Of a DNA stretch of 63,488 nt, positions 63,301 through 63,488 are shown in pieces. The position numbers and the translations under genes are program-made. Source of the stretch: Priapulus caudatus (Eukaryota); contig NW_014577066.1 of assembly GCF_000485595.1 (NCBI RefSeq), forward strand, positions 199,908 through 263,395, in the 5' to 3' direction. Below the pieces are notes generated by a model that saw nothing but the letters and a program-made list of their open reading frames with translations, was not told the DNA's origin and did not search any database. Positions within the stretch are counted from its first letter, which is position 1; the number at the start of each line of letters is the position of its first letter.

Positions 63301-63488
63301 TAAATGTCTGTCAGAATCAGGAAATGCCCACCGGCGCTCTTCGTGACCTCATTCTTGCGCCACAACGCTGCAACGTTTTTGCAACGTTCCAATGGCGAGG
63401 CTCAGTGAAAAAAATACACGGGGGCTCGGGGCGATTTAGCCCCCGAAATGCCAAAAATAGCCCCGGAAATGCCAAAAAGAGCCCCCGT

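Overview
Repeat-rich genomic DNA from an invertebrate animal (lophotrochozoan-like, by inference). Three intact spliced genes were reconstructed by hand, with consistent exon phases. SNAPC3 (minus, 9 coding exons, 379 aa) lies head-to-head, about 800 bp apart, with an hnRNP M/MYEF2-family gene (plus, 14 exons, 727 aa) whose last intron is a textbook U12-type minor intron. A JMY/WHAMM-family actin nucleation-promoting factor gene (minus, 11 exons, 763 aa) converges on it. Introns and intergenic DNA hold many non-autonomous DNA transposons (hAT-like with 5-, 6- and 8-bp TSDs, Mutator-like with 9-bp TSDs, Harbinger/ISL2EU-like, pogo-like, Helentron-associated), often nested, plus a 5'-truncated Ty3/Gypsy element. 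Two apparent duplications (1-2372 and 43291-56561) look like assembly artefacts. The second is an indel-rich, probably unpolished long-read copy of a second haplotype and exposes four transposon presence/absence differences. I found no convincing wholly new biological system; the best leads are the minor intron, the composite 5.4-kb insertion and the unusual MITE families.
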